Shown: positions 15,584-26,306, counted from the first letter of the stretch. The stretch: 64,000 bases of DNA from Piromyces finnis finn (GCA_002104945.1 MCFH01000004.1:1240001-1304000), one strand, 5' to 3'. The notes: a model not told the origin generated them from the sequence alone. Translations and numbers: made by a program.

Positions 15584-17323
15584 TTATAGTAATTTACATT
15601 TATCTAATGAAATGATAATTTTATTTGTTATTCTTATAATTGATGTTAATGGTATTTTTAATGTTTCTTGAATATTTTCTTCGTTATATTCATTATTAAA
15701 AACATGTGTATTATTTTCTCCAATATTAACAATTATATTGTTGTTGCATTCTTTATCATTTGTATCTTCATTTATAATAAATTGATTTAATCTTGAAGAT
15801 GAAGAAGTATCATTAATTTCTTTATCGTTATCTATGTTATTATTGCTATTTTTCCCTATATTTATACATTCTTCTGATTCAAAATATCCAATTTTTTGTA
15901 AAATGCTGGTTTCCTTTATATGAAATTGATTAGAATAAAGCTTCATTATACATTGTTTTACAACTCTTTTGACAGTTTTTATTTCTTCTTCACTTAAAGT
16001 TTCCTTTTGATAACCCAAAAATGATAAATGATTTAATAATCTAAGGTATGAATAAACCAAATTTTTATAATTTTTTAGATCAGCTTCACTGTTTGTATAA
16101 TGAATAAAACTATTTCCTTTAAATATCGAAAAATTAATTTCATTTATTGCATAATTAATATCTACAATAATATCATTTAACAATTGATATTTTAATTCTA
16201 AGAAGTAGTTTTCAGGTTCATTAATAAAATCATGAAGGCACATGGTAATACTATTTGAGAAGTGCTTTAGCTAAAGATGTAATATGAAATTAATAGTTAA
16301 TTATATTATAAAGATAACTTCAACTATTTTTTATTTAACAAAATTAATAAAGTTATTCTAAAAACATATTATATTATACCTTAGCTTTAAAAAATAATTT
16401 GTAATAGACTATATCAAAAACTGAATTTATTATAAATGAAGAAACACAACCTATAGTATATATATTTATTTTAAATTTAGTTAGATTTATTTATATGAAA
16501 AGTTATGGAATATATACTACTTTAGTTTTACCTGTGAAAACAGAGAGTAATCTTACTACGAAAGTATGAAGCCATTTTTTATCAGTATATTCTACAAGAG
16601 GATTATATTCAAACAAAGTTAGTTGAACAAAAATAGCCGAGAAAGCTCCTGCTGACAATCCTCCTACATCATCTTCCATGTTACACAAAAACATTCTTTT
16701 TTTTTTTTTTTTTTTTTTATGAATAAGTAAATAATATAAATAATTGATTTTTCGTTATATTTATATATTTATATAAATGTTATTAATGCTACTAAATTCA
16801 TTATTTTTATTACATGTAATATGTAACAGCTGTTCCAAATGGTACTCTCCCTATTAATATAAAAGATTCAAATATTTGAATAATGAATTAATTAAATTTC
16901 TTTTCTTATATACAATTGTGATATTGATAATATATACTGTAATATAATAAAAAAAATTGTGAATGAACTTAGTTTTTTTAACATACATAAGAAAGTTGTA
17001 TCGACACCAAATATGATATTACCAAGGGATGATACAATAGCACCGATACAACACATTAAAAAAGTCGAAACACATGCTTTAATTCCTCTTGTGACGGTAG
17101 TAGATATACATAAAATAGCTGTAAAAGCTGATGATACACTATCTGGATTTTTAGTAATGTAAGTATCAAATAGTAAAGCTAGAAAAATAGCAAAGAATAC
17201 TTTAAGAAGAACAAGATAAGGGGAATAGGAATTATTTTTTAATGTAAATTTATTAATTAGCTTTTTTGAAAAACTTCTCTTCTCTTGTTCTTCATAATTT
17301 AATTTAATAATTGATGCATTCAT
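15584..17323 (-). CDS. Aromatic acid exporter (ArAE_1/DUF939)/FUSC-like multi-pass membrane protein, about 5 exons
   Basis: Joined reading: LKVFFAIFLALLFDTYITKNPDSVSSAFTAILCISTTVTRGIKACVSTFLMCCIGAIVSS...TTFL|WRVPFGTAVTYYI|MFLCNMEDDVGGLSAGAFSAIFVQL...VRLLSVFTG|CVSSFIINSVF..., then a helical soluble C-terminus. The helix pattern resembles FUSC/ArAE proteins; the family call is from recall, not a search. Confidence 0.55.
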
Positions 17324-18111
17324 TTTTTTTTTTTTTTGCTATGCTTATGAAATATTAAAATGAAATTATAAAGTATTTCTCATTTAGACTTTTAAAACAT
17401 AAAGGTTTTTAATAAAATTCAATGTTCAATCATTATATTTCTAAATAATAATAGAAAATCCTATGAGCATCAGTTTTTCAGTTAATATTTATATAAAAAA
17501 AAGTAAAAGTTATATTAAAGTAAGGAAACTTGATAAATATATAATATTATTTTAAATAAATTAATATAAATAATTTATATTATAATTTAAAAATAAGGCA
17601 TGTGTTTATTTTTAAATGAATACAATATACATATAAAATTAAAATATTATTTATATATATTAGAAATTTCTATAATATTTTTTAATGTATATGTAATATA
17701 AATTATTTGTATACATACTTTCTGTATTTTTGAAATATTAACATTACAGGATTATATTCCTAAAATTCCTATAATCTAAAATCTTTATATTAAAAAAAAA
17801 AAGACTAAGTTATTATATTGAAATGTATACATTAATTGTATTGTATTTTTTTAATATATAAATTAATATTTTTTTTTCTTAAAATAATAATTGGAAAAAA
17901 AAAGTTGATATATATAAATAAATAATGATTAATAATTAAAATTTCAAAAAAAAAAAAAAAAAAAAAAAAAAAAGAAAGAAATAAAAATAATAACAGTAAT
18001 AGCAACAACAATAACAATAACAATAATAACAACAATAATAATTAAAATAAAGAGAAGAAATCTAAATTAAAATTTTTAAAAATCATTTAAAATATTATAT
18101 ACCTTATTAAA

Positions 18112-20233
18112 ATGAATAACAAATTATTTTTAACAAAATCTTTAAATATACCAAAATATTTTAATGTACTATCCATAATCAGTATTCCTTTTTATTTTAT
18201 TTTATTTTATTTTATTTTATTTTAATATCAAATTTAACAATTTAAATTATAATAATTAAAAATATATTTACAATATAATTTAAAATTTTTTTATTTTTAT
18301 AATGAATAAAATGAAATATAAAAAACAAATTTTTAAAATTTAAATTTATATAAAAGTTATCATTTAAGATTCAAGCTTCAAACTTAATAAATAGGAGGTT
18401 GTTATCCAATATAAGTCAAGTAGGAAGTTCGAATTATTCCTATACATACCCGAAATCATTATTAGGATTGCCTGAAACTAGAATAACAAGATTAAGTAAT
18501 GGTTTAAGAATAGCAACGGAATCCAATCCAAAATTAAAAACAGCTACTGTAGGGGTTTGGATTGATGCTGGTTCACGTTTTGAAACATTAGGGGATAATG
18601 GTACTGCTCACTTTTTAGAACATATGTCATTTAAGGTAAATATATGAAATATATATTTAATATAAATTATTATTTTCATAATTGGAGAAAATTTTGTATA
18701 ATTGAATTTCTAAAATCAAAAATCAAATGATTAAAATTTTTATGTTTATTCATGAAAGTATAATTGTATTTATATATATAATAATTATATGCTGATATAT
18801 TTTTTTTAATATAATTTTATTGAATCAATTTTAAAAAAAAATTATTATCTTTAATAAAAAAGGGAACAAACAAAAGAACTCAAAAAGATATAGAATTATT
18901 AATAGAAAATATTGGTAGTAATTTAAATGCATACACCTCTCGTGAACAAACCGTATATTATGCTAAAACATTAACAAAAAATATAGCAACATCAATTGAA
19001 ATTTTATCCGATATTTTACAAAATTCAAAATTTGAATACTCGGCTATTACTCGAGAACGTGATGTTATTTTAAGAGAATATGAAGAAGTACAAAAAATGA
19101 AAGATGAAGTAGTATTTGATGAACTTCATAAAATTGCATTTCCACAGTCAAGTTTGGGATATACTATTTTAGGTCCAACTGAAAATATTAAAAATATTAC
19201 TAGAGATAATATCAAATCTTATATTTCAACGAACTATACTGCCGATAGAATGGTTATTATTGGTGCTGGCGGCGTTGATCATGATGAATTGGTTGAATTA
19301 GCCAAAAAGTACTTTGCTAATGTTCCACAACCTACTAATAATAAAGAAATTTATGATAAATTTAAGAATGCAAAATTTGTTGGAGGAACAGCTTTAATAA
19401 AGGTAATTAAATTTTGAATTATTTTAAAATACTTTAGTGAGTTATTTTCAAAATATCAAAATTGATATTCAAGTTTATGTTTTTATGCTTATTTTTATAA
19501 TATTCAAATTTATTATAATTATTTTCTTTACATCATTTTTAAAATAAAAAAAAGTAGCAAACAAATATTAAAATACTATTTTTTTTTAACTTTTCACAAA
19601 CAGAATGAATATCCAACGAACCATATTGTACTTTCTGTTGAAGGTGTAGGTTGGTCTAATCCAGATTATTGGTCTCTTTTAGTTGCTCAAAGTATTATTG
19701 GTTCATGGGATAGAACCTTAGGTGCTGGTGATCAAGTTGGTTCTAAACTTGCAAAGGAAATATCCAAAAATAGTTTAGCTAATTCCTTTATGTCTTTCAA
19801 TACTTCTTATACTGATACTGGCCTTTTCGGTGTGTATTTTATCACTGAACCAAGTAGTAATTTGTATGGTGCTTGTAAGGCTATTATTAATGAGTGGATG
19901 AGACTTTGCGATGAAGATAATATTAGTGAAGAAGAAGTTTCTCGTGCTAAGAATCAATTAAAAACTTCACTTTTATTAAGTTTAGATGGAACTACACCGA
20001 TTGCTGAAGAAATTGGACGTCAAATGTTAATTTTTAATAAAAGAATGTCTCCATTGGAAGTAGATCATCTTATTGGACAAGTTGATAAGAAAAAGATTGC
20101 TGAAGTTTCAAGAAAATACTTTATAAATAAAGAGTTAGCTGTTGTTGGTTATGGACAAGTTAATCAATTAGATAAACAAGCTCATAAGAAACTTGCTGAT
20201 TTAATGAAATCCAAAAGATGTGCCGTTAATTAA
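18112..20233 (+). CDS. MAS1: Mitochondrial/hydrogenosomal processing peptidase beta subunit (M16 family)
   Basis: Exons start at 18112 ([18 protein letters not shown]), 18369 ([13 protein letters not shown]...[17 protein letters not shown]...WIDAGSRFE...[12 protein letters not shown]), about 18863 (GTNKRTQ...[12 protein letters not shown]) and about 19605 (to the end). The HxxEH zinc motif is intact, and [13 protein letters not shown] and [18 protein letters not shown] are present. Confidence 0.93.
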
Positions 20234-20614
20234 TCGTTTTACATAAAAACAGTAATTTTAATATTAAAAAATAATAAGAGTAAAAATTTTTTTTCTTTTT
20301 TCTTTTTTTTTTTTTTTTTAAACCACTTTTAATATATCTGAAAATCATAATGAATGTATTCTTTTTACATATAAAATAATGAAAATAAAAGTAGAAAAAT
20401 TTTTTATTTGTTAAATGATCATTTCATTTTAATATAATGGTTAATCATAATGAGTCCATGATAAATTACAACACTACAACTATGACTTAATAATTTTTAA
20501 AAAAAAAAAAAAAAAAAGACTTTTAAATATTGAATTATTTATATTTAATCATTTTTAATTAATATTTAATTAATAACAACATGTGATTTTTTTAAATCCA
20601 TAGTAAAAATGGTT

Positions 20615-20861
20615 CCCTCTTGGGAACGTGCCTTCATTTATTTAATAAATGTAGTTTCTCAAGGGGGTCTACTCATGCTCATGGTACTGAGAGAGTAGAA
20701 AGAATTAAATCCAAGTATTGCGCAATGGATGCTTGGTGCCCTCTTAGGAATGTGCCTTCATTTATTTAATAAATGTAGTTTCTCAAGGGGGTCTACTCAT
20801 GCTCATGGTACTGAGAGAGTAGAAAGAATTAAATCCAAGCATTGCGCAATGGATGCTTGGT
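20615..20861 (+). repeat. Two tandem 124-bp monomers at the 5' end of the LINE
   Basis: Unit 1 is 20615-20738 and unit 2 starts at 20739 (ccctctt...). I count 3 substitutions across the aligned part. A third partial copy of the gctcatggtactgag hairpin is at 20892-20907. Confidence 0.95.
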
Positions 20862-21509
20862 TAGTCTTCAAGGGAAAATTATTAGGACTAAGCTCATGGT
20901 ACTGAGCGATTAAAAAACATTTTATTCATCGAATTTAAGTATTTGATGAATAAGTTGAATGTTTGATATTCAGGTAAGTTTGTATAGTATTTAATTAGAA
21001 GAGTAATACATTTTGTTGCTGTATTTTTTCTTTTATTCATGTATTCTTGTAGTACTACTCTTCTCTTGTAAGAATCCAATGTAGTCAACTTTAGCATTTG
21101 CATTGTACTTATATATTCATGTAGCTATTGTTGTATTGTTTCTTGTAAGAGACTGATTCACTCTACATCATGTAAAAATACTATTCACAAGCTTTCTGGT
21201 GTCGACATTCTTGATTCAAATTTTTTACCAATTTAAATATTTAATGAAAAGTAAAGTCAAACAAGTTTAGTGTCAAAAAGCGATTCGAATTTACTAACAA
21301 CAAACCAAAACTAGAATTTTTAAAAAAAGTTAACAACTAGAATTCAAAAAAAGAAACTTTAAACTTTAAACAAAGTATCGTAACAATTTTTGTACTATCC
21401 AGTACTTTTAAGAAGAGAGAGAGAGACAGATTTTTTCCATATACGTTATATTTATAATTTTTATTAGTATTTATTTTATATTCAATTTTTTTAATTAGAA
21501 TTAATTATC

Positions 21510-24500
21510 ATGTCAGTCCTTTATATTAAAGATAAGAATTATATCAGACGTGGTACCCGGTCTTATGGTATCCCCTTAGATGATATTCGCTCCTTCTTTA
21601 TCCGTGGTATTCGATCATGGTCAGTAAATATGCTATGGGAAAAACTCGAGGTTATTCTAGAAGATAAATTTAATTCAGTTATTAGTGTTAAATATTTTCA
21701 GACTTTCAATGATCACTTTTTCTTAGTCAAGGTTCATGGTTCATCGAAAGATTGTATTAAAATCTTACACATGTTAAAGAAGAAACTTTCAGTTACCTCA
21801 ATTTCCTTTTCAGCTCGTAGTAGAAGGAATCACAAATACACTTTTTCCACTCTCAAACGTAAAATTTTAGTTTCTAATAAACATCAACATTCTATTCAAC
21901 AACCATTTCAACAATCAGTTCAACAATCTCATCAACAATCCGATCTTCAACTAGATCTTCAACAAGATCTTCAACAAGTTTCCAATCATGAAAATATTCC
22001 AGATCTACAGCAAACACAATTTCAATCTCAACATTCAACAATTAATTCTAATAGCTCTATCAACTCTGATAACAGTTCAATAGTTGATAGTTCTTCAGTT
22101 TCACAGCCATCTAGTAATAGTTCTACTTATTCCTCTGATGCATCATCCATTAATAACGATGACTTTAATAATAATAATAATAGCAACGATTCTTCCTCAT
22201 CCAACAAGCCTGATAACTTTTCTTTTTGTCTTAGTTGGAACACCAATGGGTGGAATCACGAAAAGAGAGATAGTATTAGCTATTTCACAGCTATTTTCAA
22301 ACCATTATTTTTATGTTTCCAAGAAACTGGTAATGGTTCTGGATCGAATACAGATTATCCTTGTCGTGTTACTTTGCGAAACTATAGACACTTTTTCAAG
22401 AAAGCTGACGAATCAGTTCCGGGAATGAGAGGTTTATATTTAGGTTTTCACAATTCATGTCAAGCCTCACTTGAAAACTTCTCTGGAAAGTATATTATTT
22501 CTATTTATACTTTTAGTCTCTGGAATAGATTCAAATGCTCGATTGGTAATGTTTATATGCCTCATAGTCATCACAACATCTATGTTGATCATGCAAAGTT
22601 AGAAGTTCGCTTGTGGTTACAAACTCATTCATCCCATCCATCGATTCTTGTTGGTGATTTTAATATGTCTAAAGTAAAATTATCCAACTGGTTATCAACT
22701 AATGGATTAGGAGATTGGGAAATTCTTCCGCTTAGAGGGTCTACTATCTCTTGGACTCGAGGTGATCAATCTTCCGACATTGACCATGCTCTTATCAATT
22801 CGAAGATGAAAGATCTTATTCACTCAGGATCATTTATAAATAATTTTTATCCTGTATCAGACCATAAGCCACTTCTTATTAATGGTAAAATTATTCCTAT
22901 GGAAGATTTTTCTAATGACTTTAATGTTCCTAAGAAAATTCTGAAATGGAATAGATTAAAATGTATTGAGGAAAAGGAATCTATTCTCAGTCATAATAAA
23001 TTCCAAATACTTTCAGCAAAATCCAACGATCCTAATGTTTCTACAGATGAACTTTCCAAAGAGTTTACTTCAACTGCTTTTTCAATTGTAGACGAGCTCA
23101 GTATTACTTCAGCAAATAATGTTATAAAGTCTTCATTTCATATTTCACAACAAATTTTTAATCTTCAAAAAATCAAAATGAAGTTGTATAAGAGATTTAA
23201 AAAAGAAAGAATTTATGATATAGATGAATTTATTAAAAGAATTAAAATCTACCGTAAACTCATTGATTACATCCACAAAAGATGTAATGAATTTAGGAAG
23301 CAAGAATATCTTCATTGGATTAAAACAGGATGTGAGTATATGAAGAGTCATAATCCTAAGAAGGCCTGGAAATGGATCAAGAAAACTGCAAAAATTGGAA
23401 AAGATTCTTTCTTTATTGCTCAACCAATTAAAAATAAAAATGGAGAATTAGTTGTTGCTACGGAAGAACAACTAGAAGTGTGGCATGATCATTTCGAAAA
23501 GCTTGCATCAGATCCAAGTGGTGTAAGTCTTGATTTGGAGCATTGGTATGAAGAACCAATGAATAAACGTTTTTCACTTCCTATGCTTGATGAGTGGGAT
23601 ATCAACCAAGATATTAGTATTGATGAAGTCAAGTCAGCTATCCTCACTACTCCAAATTATAAAGCATCAGGTCCGGATGGTATTCCAATTGAATTTTACA
23701 AAGCATTAGTTCCATCAAGTAATGATTCTAATAATGCTACAGATAATAATTCTTCTGGTAATACTACTTCAGATAATGATGCTCATGGTTTAAATTTTAT
23801 TCTTAAATTATTCAACCGTATTTGGGATGGAGATTTCCCCAACTCATGGAATGAATCCAGTATTGTTTCTATTCCTAAGAAGGGAGATTTGACAGATTGT
23901 GATAACTATCGAGGTATATCACTTATCAATAATGGTATTAAGTTGATTTCCAAAATTGTCACCACTAGAATCTCAGAATATGGTCTAAAGAATAATTTCA
24001 TTAGACCTGAACAATTTGGTTTTCGAAAAAAGGAAGAAAGTATTAGTCTTTTCATTTCAATCCAAGAAATATGCCGTAGACGTCAATTAGATAATAAAGA
24101 GACATATTTGGCCTTTTTAGATCTCAGGAAAGCATACGATTCAGTCCCAATCGGTAATATTCTCCATAAATTAGATTGTTTAGGAATCCGAGGTAAGAGT
24201 CTACAATTTATCAAAAATTTATATTTAACATCTAAGGCTAATGTCAAATTAGATGGACAATTCTCGAAATCTTTTGATGTGAAGAAAGGAGTCCGTCAAG
24301 GATGCCCTCTTTCTCCTATTCTCTTTAATCTCTTTATTAATGATATATTTAGAGAGTGCGAAGATCTAGGAGTCAGTTTAGGTGACACTCGATGCTGTGG
24401 TGGACTTTTTGCAGATGATATAGTTATTTGTGCTCCAACAAGAGGATGCTTAAAAAAGATGCTTAGAAGAGTTAATGAATGGGCACTGTATAATGAAATG

Positions 24501-26033
24501 GAATTTGGTATCCAGAAATGTTCAACGATGGTGATTCGTCCTGAATCAATAGAAAATCAGAACAAGAGAGATCCAACATTTTACTTAGCAGGACAACCCA
24601 TTCCAACTACTGATTGCTATACTTATCTTGGTGTTCCATTTGATAAGAATCTGTCCCTTAAACCAGTAATTAAAGCTCTTAATAACAAGGTTTTGAAAGG
24701 ACTTTTCTCAGTCAGTAAATTCTTAAGAAATCCTAATATTCCTATTCCTTTCAAAAAACTAGTACTTAACTCACAAGTAATCAGCAGAGTTTCATACTTT
24801 GCACCATTACTTGGATCCAACAAAGCTAGGTCTAGAATTGCTCAGAAGCATGTTAACAAAGGAATACGATGGGTTGCCGGAGTTCATAAAGCTGTATCGT
24901 TTATATCTTTATACTCTATCTCAAAAGATTTGAATATTCCTCCATTGTCAGCCAAATGTGCGTTAGCTCAGGTTAGATGTTTTAACAAATGGAAAAACTC
25001 AAATTGTATTATCTCACACCTTGTCAATTACATTCCTAAATTTAGAAAATACACGTGGTGCAAATCAAGTAGGACACTTGATAAAAAACTAAAGAAACAT
25101 GGAGATGTTAAAGCAGTTAAAAACTTTTATTGGAAAGATCTCAAAGGGAATTCAATCAAAGCGCAATATTATGATGATAATAAATTTATTGAAACTAAAG
25201 ATTTTATTAAATTATGTTATGAATACCCAGAGTTTGCCTATGGCTTCTACTGGCTATTGAAAGCAAGAAGCGGATACAAGTTGGATGCTAGAGTTGCCAA
25301 AGCTGCCAAATTTGTTGATCCAGTTTGTCCTAACTACTGTCCATGTTGCAAGTGTGGTGTTCAAAGTATTAAACATTGGTTATTAGATTGTCCAACATTT
25401 AGAGATATCCGTATTAAACATTATGATTCCATAGTTCAGCTATTAAATTTTTTCAGTCAACGTAATTCCAATAGTCCTATCAATAATAATGAAATTGATA
25501 ATATCAGTAGAGATAGTAATAACATTAATAGTAATAGTAACAATAGTAGTAATAACAATAGTAATAGTAACAATAGTAATAGTAACAATAGTAATAATAA
25601 CAATAATAGAAATAATAATATTAGTAATGATAGCAATAGTGAAGATAATAATTCTAATTTAGATAGTAATTTAGTTAATGATAGTAATAGTTCTAATAAT
25701 CCGGTGAATATTAATGTGTATGATTATTCTAGTGTGTACAGTAAAATATTTAAATTCCTTCTTGGGGGAAGAAGTTTTAACAATATTAATTACAATTCAA
25801 GGGAATGGAAAGAACTTTGTAAGCGTCAGATTCAATCTGATACTAACGAAGGAACACCATTCTTGACGGTAACCGCGGAACTTCTAACCAAAATCATGCC
25901 TTTTGCTATTGGCCAGCAATGGACAATGTTCAAAAGGTTTGAAGCAACATCCAAGAGCGTCAATGCTGAAGAAACAGTAAGACAGGCCAGGAGGGCCAGC
26001 GCAACCAATGGAGATCATAATTTTGTTCCATGA
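21510..26033 (+). CDS. LINE polyprotein: putative RRM-like N-terminus, apurinic-like endonuclease, reverse transcriptase, C-terminal CCHC zinc knuckle
   Basis: APE motifs SWNTNG, FQET, GDFN, SDIDH, SDHKP. RT motifs GPDGIPIEFYK, IPKKGDLTDCDNYRGISL, QFGFRK, AFLDLRKAYDSV, GVRQGCPLSPILFNLF, FADD, YLGV. Zinc knuckle CPCCKCGVQSIKHWLLDCP. Confidence 0.97.
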   Translation: MSVLYIKDKNYIRRGTRSYGIPLDDIRSFFIRGIRSWSVNMLWEKLEVILEDKFNSVISVKYFQTFNDHFFLVKVHGSSKDCIKILHMLKKKLSVTSISFSARSRRNHKYTFSTLKRKILVSNKHQHSIQQPFQQSVQQSHQQSDLQLDLQQDLQQVSNHENIPDLQQTQFQSQHSTINSNSSINSDNSSIVDSSSVSQPSSNSSTYSSDASSINNDDFNNNNNSNDSSSSNKPDNFSFCLSWNTNGWNHEKRDSISYFTAIFKPLFLCFQETGNGSGSNTDYPCRVTLRNYRHFFKKADESVPGMRGLYLGFHNSCQASLENFSGKYIISIYTFSLWNRFKCSIGNVYMPHSHHNIYVDHAKLEVRLWLQTHSSHPSILVGDFNMSKVKLSNWLSTNGLGDWEILPLRGSTISWTRGDQSSDIDHALINSKMKDLIHSGSFINNFYPVSDHKPLLINGKIIPMEDFSNDFNVPKKILKWNRLKCIEEKESILSHNKFQILSAKSNDPNVSTDELSKEFTSTAFSIVDELSITSANNVIKSSFHISQQIFNLQKIKMKLYKRFKKERIYDIDEFIKRIKIYRKLIDYIHKRCNEFRKQEYLHWIKTGCEYMKSHNPKKAWKWIKKTAKIGKDSFFIAQPIKNKNGELVVATEEQLEVWHDHFEKLASDPSGVSLDLEHWYEEPMNKRFSLPMLDEWDINQDISIDEVKSAILTTPNYKASGPDGIPIEFYKALVPSSNDSNNATDNNSSGNTTSDNDAHGLNFILKLFNRIWDGDFPNSWNESSIVSIPKKGDLTDCDNYRGISLINNGIKLISKIVTTRISEYGLKNNFIRPEQFGFRKKEESISLFISIQEICRRRQLDNKETYLAFLDLRKAYDSVPIGNILHKLDCLGIRGKSLQFIKNLYLTSKANVKLDGQFSKSFDVKKGVRQGCPLSPILFNLFINDIFRECEDLGVSLGDTRCCGGLFADDIVICAPTRGCLKKMLRRVNEWALYNEMEFGIQKCSTMVIRPESIENQNKRDPTFYLAGQPIPTTDCYTYLGVPFDKNLSLKPVIKALNNKVLKGLFSVSKFLRNPNIPIPFKKLVLNSQVISRVSYFAPLLGSNKARSRIAQKHVNKGIRWVAGVHKAVSFISLYSISKDLNIPPLSAKCALAQVRCFNKWKNSNCIISHLVNYIPKFRKYTWCKSSRTLDKKLKKHGDVKAVKNFYWKDLKGNSIKAQYYDDNKFIETKDFIKLCYEYPEFAYGFYWLLKARSGYKLDARVAKAAKFVDPVCPNYCPCCKCGVQSIKHWLLDCPTFRDIRIKHYDSIVQLLNFFSQRNSNSPINNNEIDNISRDSNNINSNSNNSSNNNSNSNNSNSNNSNNNNNRNNNISNDSNSEDNNSNLDSNLVNDSNSSNNPVNINVYDYSSVYSKIFKFLLGGRSFNNINYNSREWKELCKRQIQSDTNEGTPFLTVTAELLTKIMPFAIGQQWTMFKRFEATSKSVNAEETVRQARRASATNGDHNFVP

Positions 26034-26259
26034 CAAAATTTTGATCTTTGGCTCGGTGTCCCATTGGAAGTCAAATACAATTATTATACTTTAGTATGAT
26101 AGTGGCTTTCTTACTTTAATTAAAATTACTAGAATACATTATACCCAATTTTTATTCATTTGTGTTTATTTAAACATATTTTTTTTTATATTTAATTTTT
26201 TTATTACATGTATTATAATTTTAATTAAATTAATAATAAAGTTTAAAATATTTGATGCC

Positions 26260-26306
<47 letters not shown>

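Larger units (their letters stand above)
20615..26303 (+). mobile_element. Full-length non-LTR retrotransposon (LINE, APE-type), single ORF, poly-A tail, 15-bp TSD
   Basis: TSD atagtaaaaatggtt at 20600-20614 and 26304-26318; about 41 A at 26263-26303; 5' tandem monomers; uninterrupted 1507-aa ORF. Confidence 0.96.

Noticed and set aside
17832-18035. Poly-Leu/poly-Phe ORF, and similar hydrophobic short ORFs (1304-1519, 13145-13369, 63305-63640, 38778-38981)
   Set aside because: These come from poly-A/T and (AAC/AAT)n tracts in AT-rich intergenic or intronic DNA and have no protein-like content.
20615-20861. HDV-like or hammerhead ribozyme in the LINE 5' monomers (ctgagag...gaaa resembles a hammerhead core)
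   Set aside because: CUGAGAG does not fit CUGANGA and there is no stem II. I found no HDV P1/P3/L3/P1.1 arrangement, and the element starts with C, not G. Kept only as an unassigned structure.
20615-20861. CRISPR-like repeat array
   Set aside because: Only two adjacent 124-bp units with no unique spacers, in a eukaryotic retroelement, with no cas genes.
1841-24823. Short antisense or alternate-frame ORFs overlapping real genes (1841-2131, 4179-4361, 5317-5601, 11001-11222, 12052-12237, 16959-17162, 19775-19957, 22084-22428, 23145-23423, 24623-24823)
   Set aside because: They are shadows of codon bias in the true CDS on the other strand or frame.
25975-26070. HDV-like fold on the minus strand of the LINE 3' end (gcc-ctcct-ggc)
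   Set aside because: The L3 loop is too short, P1 is imperfect and there is no GG for P1.1.
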